Assembly (NCBI GenBank): GCA_902774155.1
Contig: CACYHF010000006.1
Coordinates: forward strand, 37,391-101,390
DNA length: 64,000 nt
Origin: an uncultured Bacteroidia bacterium
GTDB lineage: Bacteria > Bacteroidota > Bacteroidia > Bacteroidales > UBA932
Direction of reading: 5' to 3'
How positions within the stretch are numbered: the first letter of the stretch is position 1; each line of letters begins with the position of its first letter. Shown here piece by piece: positions 10,005 through 20,134 of the stretch. Under the pieces are notes generated by a model, which saw nothing but the letters and a program-made list of their open reading frames with translations, was not told the origin of the DNA and did no database searches. The translations under genes and the position numbers were made by a program.

Positions 10005-10966
10005 CTTGTAAATCGTTCAAAGGATTCGGGGAGGGGAGAGTGGCAGCGTACCATTTTCTGACTGTAAGGGTTGCGGAACACCAGTGTGGCGGCGTGCAGG
10101 GCCAGCCGATGGATGGGATCCGTCTGGGCGCCGTATTTGTCGTCGCCGGCTACGGGATGGCCCAGATCGGCCGCGTGGACGCGGATCTGGTTCTTCCGGC
10201 CCGTTTCCAGGGAGAAGGCAGCCTGGGTGTAGTGGCGGGTACGTTGCAGAACTTTATAGTGCGTAATGGCCAGCTGGCCGTCTTTTACTTCGGTGGGACT
10301 GGAATACATCTTGAGCGATTTGGGACTCTCCACCAGCCAGCTTTGCACGGCTCCGCTGTCTTTCTCCACACTGCCTTCCAGCCAGGCTATATAGGTGCGT
10401 TCGGCTACCAATTCCTTCCATTTGCTTTGCAGGATGTCTTTGGCCCGCTCATCCTTGGCGAAAATCACGGCGCCGGAGGTGCCTTTGTCCAGGCGGTGCA
10501 CAATCCAGATCTTGGCCGTACTGCGGTCCGGTTCCCGTCCGCTCAGGAGGTCCTCCTTACGCTCCATACGCTTGTTCACCTTCACATAGGCGTTCAGGAT
10601 GGCGTACAAGGTGGTTTCCTTGTGACCGCTTTTGGCCGAACTGCCGCGGGCGGTGGATACGCTGAGCATACCGGAAGGTTTGTCCACCACCAGGTAATGC
10701 TCGTCCTCGAACAGGATTTTTACGCCGGCCTTTTCCACCTGTTCACGGGCGTCCGTGCGGGTGGCGCGGGCAATGGAGATACCTTTGGGCAGGATTTCCA
10801 GGGTATCGCCTTTTTTCAGCGGATAATCGAACGCGGTAACACTTCCCCCGTTCACCACCACCTGCCCCTTGGAGAGCATATTCTTGACGCTGGTGCGGGA
10901 TTGTTGGGGTAGCAGTTCGAATAGGGACGCAAGAAGGGCGCCGTCACGGGGGACTGCTATTTTCAT
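10001..10966 (-). CDS. RluA-family pseudouridine synthase with S4-like N-terminus
   Basis: VDKPSG, VHRLDKGTSG, LETGRKNQIRVH, GDDKYG. Confidence 0.92.
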   Translation of the reverse strand: MKIAVPRDGALLASLFELLPQQSRTSVKNMLSKGQVVVNGGSVTAFDYPLKKGDTLEILPKGISIARATRTDAREQVEKAGVKILFEDEHYLVVDKPSGMLSVSTARGSSAKSGHKETTLYAILNAYVKVNKRMERKEDLLSGREPDRSTAKIWIVHRLDKGTSGAVIFAKDERAKDILQSKWKELVAERTYIAWLEGSVEKDSGAVQSWLVESPKSLKMYSSPTEVKDGQLAITHYKVLQRTRHYTQAAFSLETGRKNQIRVHAADLGHPVAGDDKYGAQTDPIHRLALHAATLVFRNPYSQKMVRCHSPLPESFERFTR

Positions 10967-10970
10967 GGGA

Positions 10971-11483
10971 TTAGAAATTTTTTACGTAGTCGATGTCCTT
11001 CTTGAGCATCACCTTGGGCTCCATCTTGGACACTTTCTGGAAAAGCTTGAACTGATAGGCGGGCGAGAGGTACACGCGGTGTTCGTTCTTGCCCTTGCGC
11101 CACCATTTGTAGAACGCGATGGGGTCTGTGTCGTAAGGGATGCGGGCCTCGATTTCCGAACTGTAGCCGGGAAAGTCAATGATCATCTTGAGGCCGGTAA
11201 TCCGTTTGTAATACTCATAGTCCGCTCTCCGGAGCTTGGAGACAAGCGGGGCGAACACTTCCATCTGGTCTACCTGGAGGACTTTTTCCTTGACGATCAT
11301 CCGGTGGATACGAACCGGATCCTTATGGAGCCATTCCGTTAAACTGAGCGTCACCGGGCCATTTTCACAGTCCAGTGTTAAAAGGTCGGAGGAGAAATAA
11401 ATCTTTTCGCTATCCAACGGGGCGTATTCCATAATTTTTTGCGCGCTCGGGACAAATATATGAAATAATTTTCTTTTTTCCAC
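10971..11483 (-). CDS. Hypothetical protein (start may be the later Met, MEYAP)
   Basis: Only long ORF heading the rluA-hydrolase-tcdA run, 4 bp from the rluA start; no recognisable motif. Confidence 0.6.
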   Translation of the reverse strand: MEKRKLFHIFVPSAQKIMEYAPLDSEKIYFSSDLLTLDCENGPVTLSLTEWLHKDPVRIHRMIVKEKVLQVDQMEVFAPLVSKLRRADYEYYKRITGLKMIIDFPGYSSEIEARIPYDTDPIAFYKWWRKGKNEHRVYLSPAYQFKLFQKVSKMEPKVMLKKDIDYVKNF

Positions 11484-11541
11484 GAATTTTTTTATCTTTG
11501 AGGATGAAAAACGACAAAATACCCTTTAATTAATAAATACT

Positions 11542-11949
11542 ATGGCTTATAAAATCATCGACATCCAAGGTATCGGCCCCGTATACGCCGAAAAACTGAT
11601 TGCTGTTGGCATCGAAACCGTTCCTCAGCTTCTGGAGGCCGGCGCCGGCCCTAAAGGCCGTAAGGCTCTGGAAGAGAAAACCGGCATTCGCGGTGATCTC
11701 ATCCTCACCTGGGTCAATCACGCCGATCTTTTCCGCATCAAGGGCGTAGGCCCTCAGTTCTCCGAACTGCTGGAGGCCGCCGGTGTGGACACCGTGAAGG
11801 AACTCCGCAACCGCAACGCCGCCAACCTGGCCGCCAAGATGCTGGAAGTAAACGAGGCTAAGCACATTTGCAGGCGCACTCCCGTGGAGAAAGAAATCCA
11901 GAAGTACATTAACCTTGCCAAAGAACTGGAACCCGTTGTAACTTACTAA
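11542..11949 (+). CDS. DUF4332-like helix-hairpin-helix protein
   Basis: Two HhH repeats GIGPVYAEKL and GVGPQFSELLEAAGVDTV; strongly biased codon usage. Confidence 0.85.
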   Translation: MAYKIIDIQGIGPVYAEKLIAVGIETVPQLLEAGAGPKGRKALEEKTGIRGDLILTWVNHADLFRIKGVGPQFSELLEAAGVDTVKELRNRNAANLAAKMLEVNEAKHICRRTPVEKEIQKYINLAKELEPVVTY

Positions 11950-11968
11950 GCTATTGCTATTTAGTTAA

Positions 11969-12002
11969 AAAAGGTGGCTCAAAATGACGAGCCACCTTTT
12001 TT
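11969..12002. terminator. Intrinsic terminator after the DUF4332 gene
   Basis: aaaaggtggctc-aaaatgac-gagccacctttt inverted repeat. Confidence 0.8.
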
Positions 12003-12051
12003 ATTCATCAAAAAAAGCCTATATTTGTTCAAACCTAAAACGAATCCCGGC

Positions 12052-13416
12052 ATGACAGAATTGTCGTACAAACTTCCGAAACGCTATTCTTTCAAATCTA
12101 TTTGGAAGATCACTTTCCCCATCCTGGTAGCGTTGGTGATGGAAGAACTGCTGGGAATGACGGATACGGCTTTCCTGGGCCGCGTAGGGGAGATTGAGCT
12201 GGGTGCCTCTGCCATTGCAGGCGTATACTTCACCATCCTGTATATGCTGGGCTTTGGTTTCTCCATAGGGGTTCAAATCATCATTGGCCGTCGGAATGGA
12301 GAAGCATTTAAAACCGGAAAGGGCTTTGAATCCATCGGATGTATCTTCTGGCAGGGTGTATGGTTCCTGGTGGCTCTGGCATTAGTGACCATCGGCCTGT
12401 CGTTCTTCCTGTCTCCGCCGCTTCTCCGGTCCATCCTGAGTTCGGAGAACATCTATAATGCTTCCATCATCTATGTGAACTGGCGAATTCCGGGCCTGCT
12501 CTTTGCCTTTATGACCGCGCTGTTCCGCGCTTTCTACGTGGGAACGTGGGAGACATCCTGCCTCACCTGGAACTCCATCGTGTTGGTAAGCAGCAATATC
12601 CTGTTGGACTGGGTGCTCATCTTCGGCCATTGGGGTGCACCGGCTATGGGCATTCAGGGTGCCGCATTGGCCTCCACCATTTCGGAAGGCATTTCATTGG
12701 TCTTTTTCGTTATCTGGGCTGCCTTTACGGCCGATAAAAAATTCGCCCTCCATAAGCCGGTTAAACCTATGTGGGGGGAACTCAAGCAAATGTTCTCCAC
12801 TGCCTCTTGGGTGATGGTTGAGTATGTGCTGAATGTCTCGGTGTGGCTGCTTTTCTTCCTGTTTATCGAACATCTGGGCGAGGAGCAGCTGGCCATTGCC
12901 AACATTGTCCGGAGCATTTCCGAGGTGCCATTTGTTTTCTCGGCGGCCTTTGCCTCTACGGCTGCCTCCCTGGTGAGTAACATCATCGGAGAAGGCCATC
13001 CCGAAGGTGTGGTTTCCGTCATTCGGCGGGTGCTTTTACTCTGTACGGTAACCATGTTGCCTCTGCTGGCAATCTTCGCTCTGTTCCCGCACTGGATTAT
13101 CGGCCTGTTTACCGACATTCCTTCTCTGATCCAAGGTTCTGTCCCTACGCTTTTGGTGATGTGCGCCTGCACCCTCGTCACCTTGCCTTGGAATGTCTAT
13201 CTGCAGTCCGTTGCCGGAACGGGAGACACCCGTGTGTGCCTCCGCTTCGATGTGGTGGCTTTGTGCGTCTATGCGGTGTACTGCACCATCATCATCGGCA
13301 TCCTTAAATCCAGTATCGCCGTTTGCTGGACAGCCGATGGCGTCTATTCCCTCTGCATCTGGATTCAGTGTGTCATATACATCCACTGGAAAAATAAACG
13401 TCTCTACAACGCATAA
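12052..13416 (+). CDS. MATE family efflux transporter
   Basis: 12-TM pattern, TDTAFLGRVG, MGIQGAALASTISE; ATG at 12052 preferred over the ORF-track start. Confidence 0.9.
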   Translation: MTELSYKLPKRYSFKSIWKITFPILVALVMEELLGMTDTAFLGRVGEIELGASAIAGVYFTILYMLGFGFSIGVQIIIGRRNGEAFKTGKGFESIGCIFWQGVWFLVALALVTIGLSFFLSPPLLRSILSSENIYNASIIYVNWRIPGLLFAFMTALFRAFYVGTWETSCLTWNSIVLVSSNILLDWVLIFGHWGAPAMGIQGAALASTISEGISLVFFVIWAAFTADKKFALHKPVKPMWGELKQMFSTASWVMVEYVLNVSVWLLFFLFIEHLGEEQLAIANIVRSISEVPFVFSAAFASTAASLVSNIIGEGHPEGVVSVIRRVLLLCTVTMLPLLAIFALFPHWIIGLFTDIPSLIQGSVPTLLVMCACTLVTLPWNVYLQSVAGTGDTRVCLRFDVVALCVYAVYCTIIIGILKSSIAVCWTADGVYSLCIWIQCVIYIHWKNKRLYNA

Positions 13417-13427
13417 GATACCTACAA

Positions 13428-13458
13428 GAAAAGGATTGGCGTGTGTGCCAATCCTTTT
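13428..13458. terminator. Bidirectional intrinsic terminator
   Basis: aaaaggattggc-gtgtgt-gccaatcctttt between convergent genes. Confidence 0.85.
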
Positions 13459-13482
13459 CAATTTCTATAAGGCGTTGATTGT

Positions 13483-14055
13483 TTACTGGGCGTCAGGAGC
13501 GATAGACTTTTGGAACTCCTTCACCTGATTCTCAAAACGCTTGATACCGCAAAGGGCTACAATGTAACCTACGCCGATCAGCAGGATAGCGGTGCCGATG
13601 AGGGTGGAAAGGGTGACGGCGGACACGTCCGGATTGCGGAGGCCCAGGATACCCAGGACTACACCGGCGATACCAAAGAGGAGGAGGGCCCACCAGTAAG
13701 GGAATCCCACTTTCTTGTAGTCGAAGCTGTGGATGGCCACAAAAATGCCTTCTACGATGATCCAGATTACGAAGATAACCGGCAGCGACGCGGCAACGAA
13801 CAGGTTGTTGCACAGGAAGATGATACCGATGATAATCTCAAAGATGGCGCTGAGCACGCGGCTGGCGCTGTTGGGGAGGAACTTCTGGGTCTTGAAAGTG
13901 AAGATGAGCTTGGTGATACCAGACAGCAACGTGAGGCAGCCGATGGTCCAGGCGGTTGCAAAGAGGGTTGCGGCGGGTTCGCAGATGCACATAATGCCAA
14001 GGGCTATCAGGAGAACACCCGAAATGCCCAACCAGATTTTGCTAGATTTTTGCAT
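13483..14055 (-). CDS. HdeD/DUF308 family membrane protein
   Basis: Six hydrophobic segments in duplicated DUF308-like units. Confidence 0.8.
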   Translation of the reverse strand: MQKSSKIWLGISGVLLIALGIMCICEPAATLFATAWTIGCLTLLSGITKLIFTFKTQKFLPNSASRVLSAIFEIIIGIIFLCNNLFVAASLPVIFVIWIIVEGIFVAIHSFDYKKVGFPYWWALLLFGIAGVVLGILGLRNPDVSAVTLSTLIGTAILLIGVGYIVALCGIKRFENQVKEFQKSIAPDAQ

Positions 14056-14179
14056 TGGTTAAAGGGTTTAGTTTTTAATTAGTTTTGTCAAAACTATAAA
14101 AATTTTAATTAATCGCCAAATATTCAGCCTCTTTTCTGCAAACACATTTCAAATAAATAGTACTTTTGTGGAAGAATAG

Positions 14180-14335
14180 ATGAATGATATGAAAAAGATT
14201 GGACTTTTTTCCGCGGCTCTGGGTATTCCGGAGAAGGTGGTCCCGCTTTGTATCATTCCCGTGGGCGTTCCGGCCGAGGATCCCGCACCCAAGGACAAGT
14301 GGAAACCCGAGAACATTCACTGGGAACAGTGGTAA
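14180..14335 (+). pseudogene. Nitroreductase relic (start of gene joined directly to its C-terminus)
   Basis: Translates MNDMKKIGLFSAALGIPEKVVPLCIIPVGVPAEDPAPKDKWKPENIHWEQW; the tail matches nitroreductase C-termini; TACTTTTG promoter at 14161-14168. Confidence 0.7.
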
Positions 14336-14337
14336 GG

Positions 14338-15252
14338 CTATTGGTGTTGAAATACCTTAATTGAGGCACGGTAGTCAGAAGGAGACATACCCACTGCCCG
14401 CTTGAAGTATCGGCCAAACAGGGCCTGGCTGGGGAAATTCAGGTCAAATGCGATTTGCTGAATGGTGTTGACGGTTGAGGACAATTGCGCCTTGGCCTCC
14501 AGGATTACGTAATCTTCAATCCACTTCAAGGCCGATTTTCCACTGGCTTTCTTGACAAGCGTGGTCATGTATTTTGCCGTAATGTTCATCTTGTCGGCAT
14601 AAAAACCGACCTCTCGGTTTTCCTTGCAATGGAGATTCAGAAGTTGCAGAAACTGCATCATTACCTCCCCCTGCCGCTGACCCGTTTCTTTTTCCGGAGA
14701 AGATGGGGTGATGATCCGGCAGGACAAAAGATAGAACAACCGTGCTATAAGGCCGAAGATTTCCTCCATACCGGGGCTGTTGTCACTGCTCTGTATCAAG
14801 TTGTATGATAGTTCTGTAAGGGAGCGGAATACGCTTGCCATCTTTTCGTCCAACTGGTAAACGGGGTTAATTTGCACATTCCTGAGGAAAAGATAGGCGT
14901 CTCCAATGTTGATTCGGGACAGGAAGCGCTCCGACAGGACCAAAAAGGTCGCCTTAAAGGACTCGTCTACCTTTTGGGATTCCGCAATTTGTGAGGGAAG
15001 CGCTATCAGGAGAGAATTCTTCTGGAGATGGATGGGACGCAGGTTGACGGCTCCATAACCGTTTCCCTGGTGGCAGAGTATCACCAAAACTTGTTTGAGT
15101 TTATACGGCTCCCAGCTGCCTTTGAACTTGGGGTTATGAAGAATGAGGATATCTTCTTGAAAGAGTCCCCACCATTCTGTATGGGTCAGATCTATTCTGG
15201 ACATCTGGAGGTTGTCCAGCTGCTTTTGGTTGAGCTTTTCATTCTGGTTCAT
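14338..15252 (-). CDS. AraC family transcriptional regulator
   Basis: C-terminal double HTH (YADKMNITAKY; TIQQIAFDLNFPSQALFGRYFKRAVGMSPSDYR). Confidence 0.92.
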   Translation of the reverse strand: MNQNEKLNQKQLDNLQMSRIDLTHTEWWGLFQEDILILHNPKFKGSWEPYKLKQVLVILCHQGNGYGAVNLRPIHLQKNSLLIALPSQIAESQKVDESFKATFLVLSERFLSRINIGDAYLFLRNVQINPVYQLDEKMASVFRSLTELSYNLIQSSDNSPGMEEIFGLIARLFYLLSCRIITPSSPEKETGQRQGEVMMQFLQLLNLHCKENREVGFYADKMNITAKYMTTLVKKASGKSALKWIEDYVILEAKAQLSSTVNTIQQIAFDLNFPSQALFGRYFKRAVGMSPSDYRASIKVFQHQ

Positions 15253-15405
15253 GGGCCTGCACTATTTTTCTGCTAAATTAAGCAATTTTTCCACTTTTAA
15301 ATAGGTTGAAGGAAAAAATGAACAATTATAAGGAATTTATGAGAACAAAATTGCCGTAAATTAGAGTATTTTTGCTGCCCCAATATTAGCTCCCAAGCCA
15401 AAAAG

Positions 15406-16566
15406 ATGAAAATTCTATTTGTATTAAATAATTTCTACGTAAAGGGAAATGGTTTGTCCGCGTCGGCCCGTCGTACGGTTCAAGCACTCAGAGACGCAGG
15501 AGAGGAGGTCCGCGTTTTATCCGGTCCCAACCCGGATCCCAATGGCCCGCAGCCCGATTTCCTGCTCCCCGGTTTTTATTTCCCCCTATTCCAGCCTATC
15601 ATTGACGCTCACGGGTATCATTTCGCTTCCGGGGATAAACGCATCATTGAAGAGGCTGTCCGCTGGGCCGATGTAGTCCATCTGGAAGAGCCCTTTGTGC
15701 TGGAGATAAAAACCATCAAAATTGCCAAACGGCTTGGCAAGCCGTTAACAGGAACCTACCATCTTCATCCGGAGAATGTTTTCTGTTCCCTGGGTATGGG
15801 CTGGTGGCACGGGATTAACAGCTTTATGCTCAAATTATGGAGAGACTGGGTGTTTAACCACTGCGCCTTCGTTCAGTGTCCCACGCAGAACGTATTTGAG
15901 AGGCTTCAGCGCTATCATTTCTCTTCCAAACTAAAGGTTTTCTCCAACGGACTCATTCCGGACCGTTGTATCCGCCCGTCCGAAATGCCGGCCGATTATT
16001 TAGACCCTGAACGTCCCCTCAAAGTGGTGTACATCGGGCGCCTTTCCGTAGAAAAAGACCAGCCCACACTCATTGAGGCCATCCGCCATTCGGCATACGC
16101 CAATCGTATTCAGCTGCATTTCGCAGGGCAGGGACCCAAAGCCAAGGCCTATAAAAAGATGGCCATGAAGCTGTATGAGAAAGGAATTGTCAAATACAAA
16201 CCTGAATTTGGTTTCTACAACAGGGACGACTTACGCACCTTAGCTGCCGGGGCCGACCTCTGCATCCATTGCGCCACCATTGAAGTGGAAGGCCTTTCCA
16301 TCATGGAGGCACTTCAGCAGGCCGCCGTACCGGTTATTGCCGAAGGCTACCACACGGGTACATCTCAGTTTGCCCTGGATTCCAGGAGCATTTTCCCCGA
16401 AAAGGATCCCAAGGCACTGGCCGAAAAGATGGACTGGTGGCTCTCCCATCCGGAGGAGCGCTGGGAAGAAGGCAAGCGCTATGTCAAGTCTATGGAGCAG
16501 TATGACATTGCCAATTCGGTCCAGGCCCTTATCAAAATGTTTGAAGAAGCCATTCAGAATCAATGA
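15406..16566 (+). CDS. Glycosyltransferase, GT4 (GT-B)
   Basis: NGLSASARR, YIGRLSVEK, EVEGLSIMEA motifs. Confidence 0.85.
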   Translation: MKILFVLNNFYVKGNGLSASARRTVQALRDAGEEVRVLSGPNPDPNGPQPDFLLPGFYFPLFQPIIDAHGYHFASGDKRIIEEAVRWADVVHLEEPFVLEIKTIKIAKRLGKPLTGTYHLHPENVFCSLGMGWWHGINSFMLKLWRDWVFNHCAFVQCPTQNVFERLQRYHFSSKLKVFSNGLIPDRCIRPSEMPADYLDPERPLKVVYIGRLSVEKDQPTLIEAIRHSAYANRIQLHFAGQGPKAKAYKKMAMKLYEKGIVKYKPEFGFYNRDDLRTLAAGADLCIHCATIEVEGLSIMEALQQAAVPVIAEGYHTGTSQFALDSRSIFPEKDPKALAEKMDWWLSHPEERWEEGKRYVKSMEQYDIANSVQALIKMFEEAIQNQ

Positions 16567-17327
16567 CAGTACTGATTACAGGTGGAAGCTCCGGAATGGG
16601 CTTGGAATATGCACGGCAGCTTGCTGGCCGGGGATATGACCTTGTTCTTGTGAGCAACCGGGAAGAGGAGTTGGACACAGCAGCGGAAGCGCTGCGCGCG
16701 CAATTCCCGATCAATGTCACCACCCGTTTCCAGGATCTGGCCGCGCCGGATGCTGCCGACAGTCTGTTCGAATGGTGTCAGAAAGAAGAGATCCTTCCGG
16801 ATATCGTTATCAACAATGCCGGAATGTTCTTTTTCAAGGAACTACAACCTGAGGACCTGGAAAGGGCCCAGGCTATGGTAAACCTGCACATAGTCACGGT
16901 AACCCGGATGTGTATGCTTTTCGGCAATGCTATGAAACAGCGTGGAAACGGCTATATTCTGAACGTGTCTTCTATGGCCGCCCGCATTCCGGCACCGGGC
17001 ATTACAATCTATTCGGCCACAAAGGCTTACCTCAAGAGTTTCGGCAAGTCGCTCTCCTATGAACTCAGACCATATGGAGTAAGCATCACAACGGTTTGCC
17101 CGGCGGCCATCGCCACGCCGCTTTACCGGCTGAGCCCTGAAAAGATGCGCCTGGGTGTTCGTATCGGCCTTGTCAAAACCCCGAAGTGGCTGGTAAACAG
17201 GGCCATTCGCGCTATGTTCCGCCGTCGGCGGGTTGTGAGTCCCGGTTTTATGAACGTTTGGCTGCCGCCGCTCATTGCCCTGCTGCCCGGGCCGCTGGTA
17301 GCCTTTATCTGGAAAAAGATTAAATGA
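16563..17327 (+). CDS. SDR oxidoreductase (candidate 3-beta-HSDH)
   Basis: TGGSSGMG, NNAG, NVSS, YSATK; adjacent to a 5-alpha-reductase. Confidence 0.8.
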   Translation: MTVLITGGSSGMGLEYARQLAGRGYDLVLVSNREEELDTAAEALRAQFPINVTTRFQDLAAPDAADSLFEWCQKEEILPDIVINNAGMFFFKELQPEDLERAQAMVNLHIVTVTRMCMLFGNAMKQRGNGYILNVSSMAARIPAPGITIYSATKAYLKSFGKSLSYELRPYGVSITTVCPAAIATPLYRLSPEKMRLGVRIGLVKTPKWLVNRAIRAMFRRRRVVSPGFMNVWLPPLIALLPGPLVAFIWKKIK

Positions 17328-18094
17328 TGTTTGATCCACACACATTCAATATATTCTTGATAGCCATGGCCGCAATGGCCGTGGTGGTGTTTATCTCCCT
17401 GTACCGCGTGAATGCCGGATACGGCAGATTCTACACGCCCAAATGGGGGCTATCCGTAGACAACCACCTGGGATGGTTCCTGATGGAGGCACCGGTATTT
17501 GTGGCTATGCTGTTGCTTTGGTGGCTGTCTGACCGCCGAACCGATGTGGTCCGTCTGGTTTTCCTGCTTATTTTTGAGAGCCACTATTTCCACCGTTCGT
17601 TCATCTTCCCCACGCAACTCCGCGGACATGGCAGAATGCCTGTATCCATCATTTTATCGGGCGTGCTTTTCAATACCCTTAACGCCCTCATGCAGGGCGG
17701 ATGGATCTTCTACGTTTCCCCTGTGGAGCGCTATCCGCTATCCTGGCTCACAAGCTTTCCCTTCATCTGCGGCACGGCAGTATTCCTTGCCGGGATGTTC
17801 ATCAACATCCAGTCCGACAGTATTATCCGTAACCTGCGAAAGCCCGGGGATACTGCACACTACCTGCCCCGCGGCGGTATGTTCGGCTATGTAACCAGTG
17901 CCAATTACTTTGGAGAATTCCTGGAGTGGGTGGGCTTCGCCATCCTCACCTGGTCCTGGGCGGGGGCGGTCTTTGCGCTCTGGACCTTTGCCAACCTGGC
18001 GCCGCGCTCCGCGCGTATCCATGACCTTTATCGGCAGGAATTCCCCGGAGAGCTAAGTCCCCGCACCAAGCGCATCATTCCTTTCCTGTACTGA
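17324..18094 (+). CDS. 3-oxo-5-alpha-steroid 4-dehydrogenase (steroid 5-alpha-reductase)
   Basis: GWFLMEAP, HYFHRS, ANYFGEFLEW, NLAPR (SRD5A-like motifs). Confidence 0.85.
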   Translation: MMFDPHTFNIFLIAMAAMAVVVFISLYRVNAGYGRFYTPKWGLSVDNHLGWFLMEAPVFVAMLLLWWLSDRRTDVVRLVFLLIFESHYFHRSFIFPTQLRGHGRMPVSIILSGVLFNTLNALMQGGWIFYVSPVERYPLSWLTSFPFICGTAVFLAGMFINIQSDSIIRNLRKPGDTAHYLPRGGMFGYVTSANYFGEFLEWVGFAILTWSWAGAVFALWTFANLAPRSARIHDLYRQEFPGELSPRTKRIIPFLY

Positions 18095-18095
18095 T

Positions 18096-19331
18096 ATGGT
18101 TGAATCTCCTGTTTTCACGCCCTTCAATATCGGCCCTGTGACGTTGCGTAACAGGGTTATAAGGTCGGCGGCATTTGAGAACATGGCTTATGGCAACAGC
18201 CCGTCGGAGGACCTGTATAACTATCACGTGGCTGTGGCCCGGGGCGGCGTTGGAATGACTACATTGGCCTACGCGTCCGTGGACCGGAGCGGTCTTTCTT
18301 TTGACGGACAGCTCTGGATGCGGGAGGAGATAGTCCCCGGCCTTAGACGCATTACGGATGCAGTCCATGCCGAAGGCGCCAAGTGCTCCATCCAGTTGGG
18401 CCACTGCGGCAACATGACGCACCGCGCAACCTGCGGCTGCATGCCCGTAGGTGCATCAAGCGGCTTCAACCTGTATTCGCCCACCTTTGTGCGCGGCCTG
18501 AAAAAGGCCGAGATTGACGCTTTGGTGGAGGACTTCGGCCACGCCGTGGAGCTGGCGCGGGAGGCGGGTTTTGACTGCGTGGAGATCCACGCCGGACACG
18601 GCTACCTCATCAGTCAGTTCCTGTCGCCTTACACCAACCATCGCAAGGACGAGTACGGAGGCTCGCTGGAGAACCGCATGCGGCTTATGCAGCGCGTAAT
18701 CCGGCGCGTGATGGAGGCCGCCGGTAACGATATGGGCGTGATTGTGAAAATGAATATGCACGACGGATTCCGCCGTGGGATGCAGGAGACAGAATGCCTG
18801 GAAGTGGCCCGGGAGCTGGAGCGGCTGGGCGTACATGCCCTTGTGCTGTCGGCCGGTTTTGTGAGCAAAGCGCCTATGGAGGTAATGCGCGGGGCCATGC
18901 CGCTGCGTACCATGACGCACTATATGGATATGCGCAAGTTCTGGTGGCTCAAGGCTATGGTTCGGATTTTCGGCCGAATGATGGTTCCCACGGTCCCGTA
19001 TAAGGAAGCCTTTTTCCTGGAGGATGCGCTCAAGTTCCGCGCGGCCGTGAAGCTGCCGCTGATCTATGTTGGAGGGATGGTTTCCCTCCGGAAGATGGAG
19101 GAAGTTCTGGCCGATGGCTTTGACGGCCTGCAGATGGCCAGGGCGCTGATCCGGGACACAGATTTTGTAAACAAGCTCCATAGCGGAGAGATAGACTGCA
19201 GTCCGTGCGGGCACTCAAATTACTGTATCGGACGAATGTATACCCTGGAGATGAAATGCCATCACTGCGTGGCCGACCTTCCTGATCGGCTGCAACGGGA
19301 GGTGGAAAAGGAAGAGGAAAAATGGAAATAA
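18096..19331 (+). CDS. NADH:flavin oxidoreductase, OYE family (candidate 5-beta-reductase)
   Basis: LRNRVIRSAAFE, IQLGHCG, EIHAGHGYLISQFLSP, YGGSLENR, C-terminal Cys cluster. Confidence 0.85.
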   Translation: MVESPVFTPFNIGPVTLRNRVIRSAAFENMAYGNSPSEDLYNYHVAVARGGVGMTTLAYASVDRSGLSFDGQLWMREEIVPGLRRITDAVHAEGAKCSIQLGHCGNMTHRATCGCMPVGASSGFNLYSPTFVRGLKKAEIDALVEDFGHAVELAREAGFDCVEIHAGHGYLISQFLSPYTNHRKDEYGGSLENRMRLMQRVIRRVMEAAGNDMGVIVKMNMHDGFRRGMQETECLEVARELERLGVHALVLSAGFVSKAPMEVMRGAMPLRTMTHYMDMRKFWWLKAMVRIFGRMMVPTVPYKEAFFLEDALKFRAAVKLPLIYVGGMVSLRKMEEVLADGFDGLQMARALIRDTDFVNKLHSGEIDCSPCGHSNYCIGRMYTLEMKCHHCVADLPDRLQREVEKEEEKWK

Positions 19332-20134
19332 ACGAAAGAATCATCGTTACCGGTGCTACGGGAGGTATGGGCGCCGCAGCAGTAGAAGCCCTTGCCAAAG
19401 AGGGGCATCCCGTTCTGATGGCCTGCCGAAATCTGAAAAAGGCCCAGGCCACCCGGGCCGATATCCTGAGCCGCGTTCCTGGTGCCAAGCTGGAAATAGG
19501 GCTGGTGGACCTGGCCTCTTTGGACTCGGTACGGGCTTTTGCAGAAAGTGTCGAGCCTGGCTCGGTATCGGCCCTCTTTAACAACGCCGGCGTCATATCG
19601 AGAGGCTTCAGCATAACCGAAGACGGCCTTGAAAACACTTTCTCTGTGAACTACTTCGGTCCATCGCTGCTTACCCGGCTCCTGCTGCCCAAACTGCCGC
19701 AGGACGCCCATATTGTGAATATGGTTTCGCTAACCTGCCGGTTCGTCTCCATTGACGAAGCCTCCCTTCGGCCCACCGCAAAGGATTTCAGGCAGCTCAT
19801 TACCTATGCCCGAGCCAAGCGGGCGATGGTTTCCTTCTCCCAGGAACTGGCACGAAGGTACCCTCTCCTGCACGTCAATATGGCCGACCCGGGTGTGGTC
19901 GGCACCGATATGATCGACCTGGGCTGGTGGTTTGACCCTTTTGCCGATGTCTTGGTTAAGCCCTTCTTCAAGACGCCTCAATCTGGCGTCCAACCCGCTC
20001 TTCGCGCCCTCCGGGAAGAAAAGCAAAACCGTTATTATGTAGGAAAACAGTGCAAGGCCATTCCGGCACGGTACATCAACCCGTTTCTGGATAAAAGTAT
20101 ATGGGAAGAAACCCAGAAAATCATTAAGTTATGA
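19322..20134 (+). CDS. SDR oxidoreductase (retinol dehydrogenase-like)
   Basis: TGATGGMG, DLASL, NNAG, VNYFG, YARAK, ADPGVVGT. Confidence 0.85.
   Translation: MEINERIIVTGATGGMGAAAVEALAKEGHPVLMACRNLKKAQATRADILSRVPGAKLEIGLVDLASLDSVRAFAESVEPGSVSALFNNAGVISRGFSITEDGLENTFSVNYFGPSLLTRLLLPKLPQDAHIVNMVSLTCRFVSIDEASLRPTAKDFRQLITYARAKRAMVSFSQELARRYPLLHVNMADPGVVGTDMIDLGWWFDPFADVLVKPFFKTPQSGVQPALRALREEKQNRYYVGKQCKAIPARYINPFLDKSIWEETQKIIKL

Noticed and set aside
14105-14320. 71-aa minus-strand ORF
   Set aside because: It is the antisense shadow of the plus-strand nitroreductase relic.
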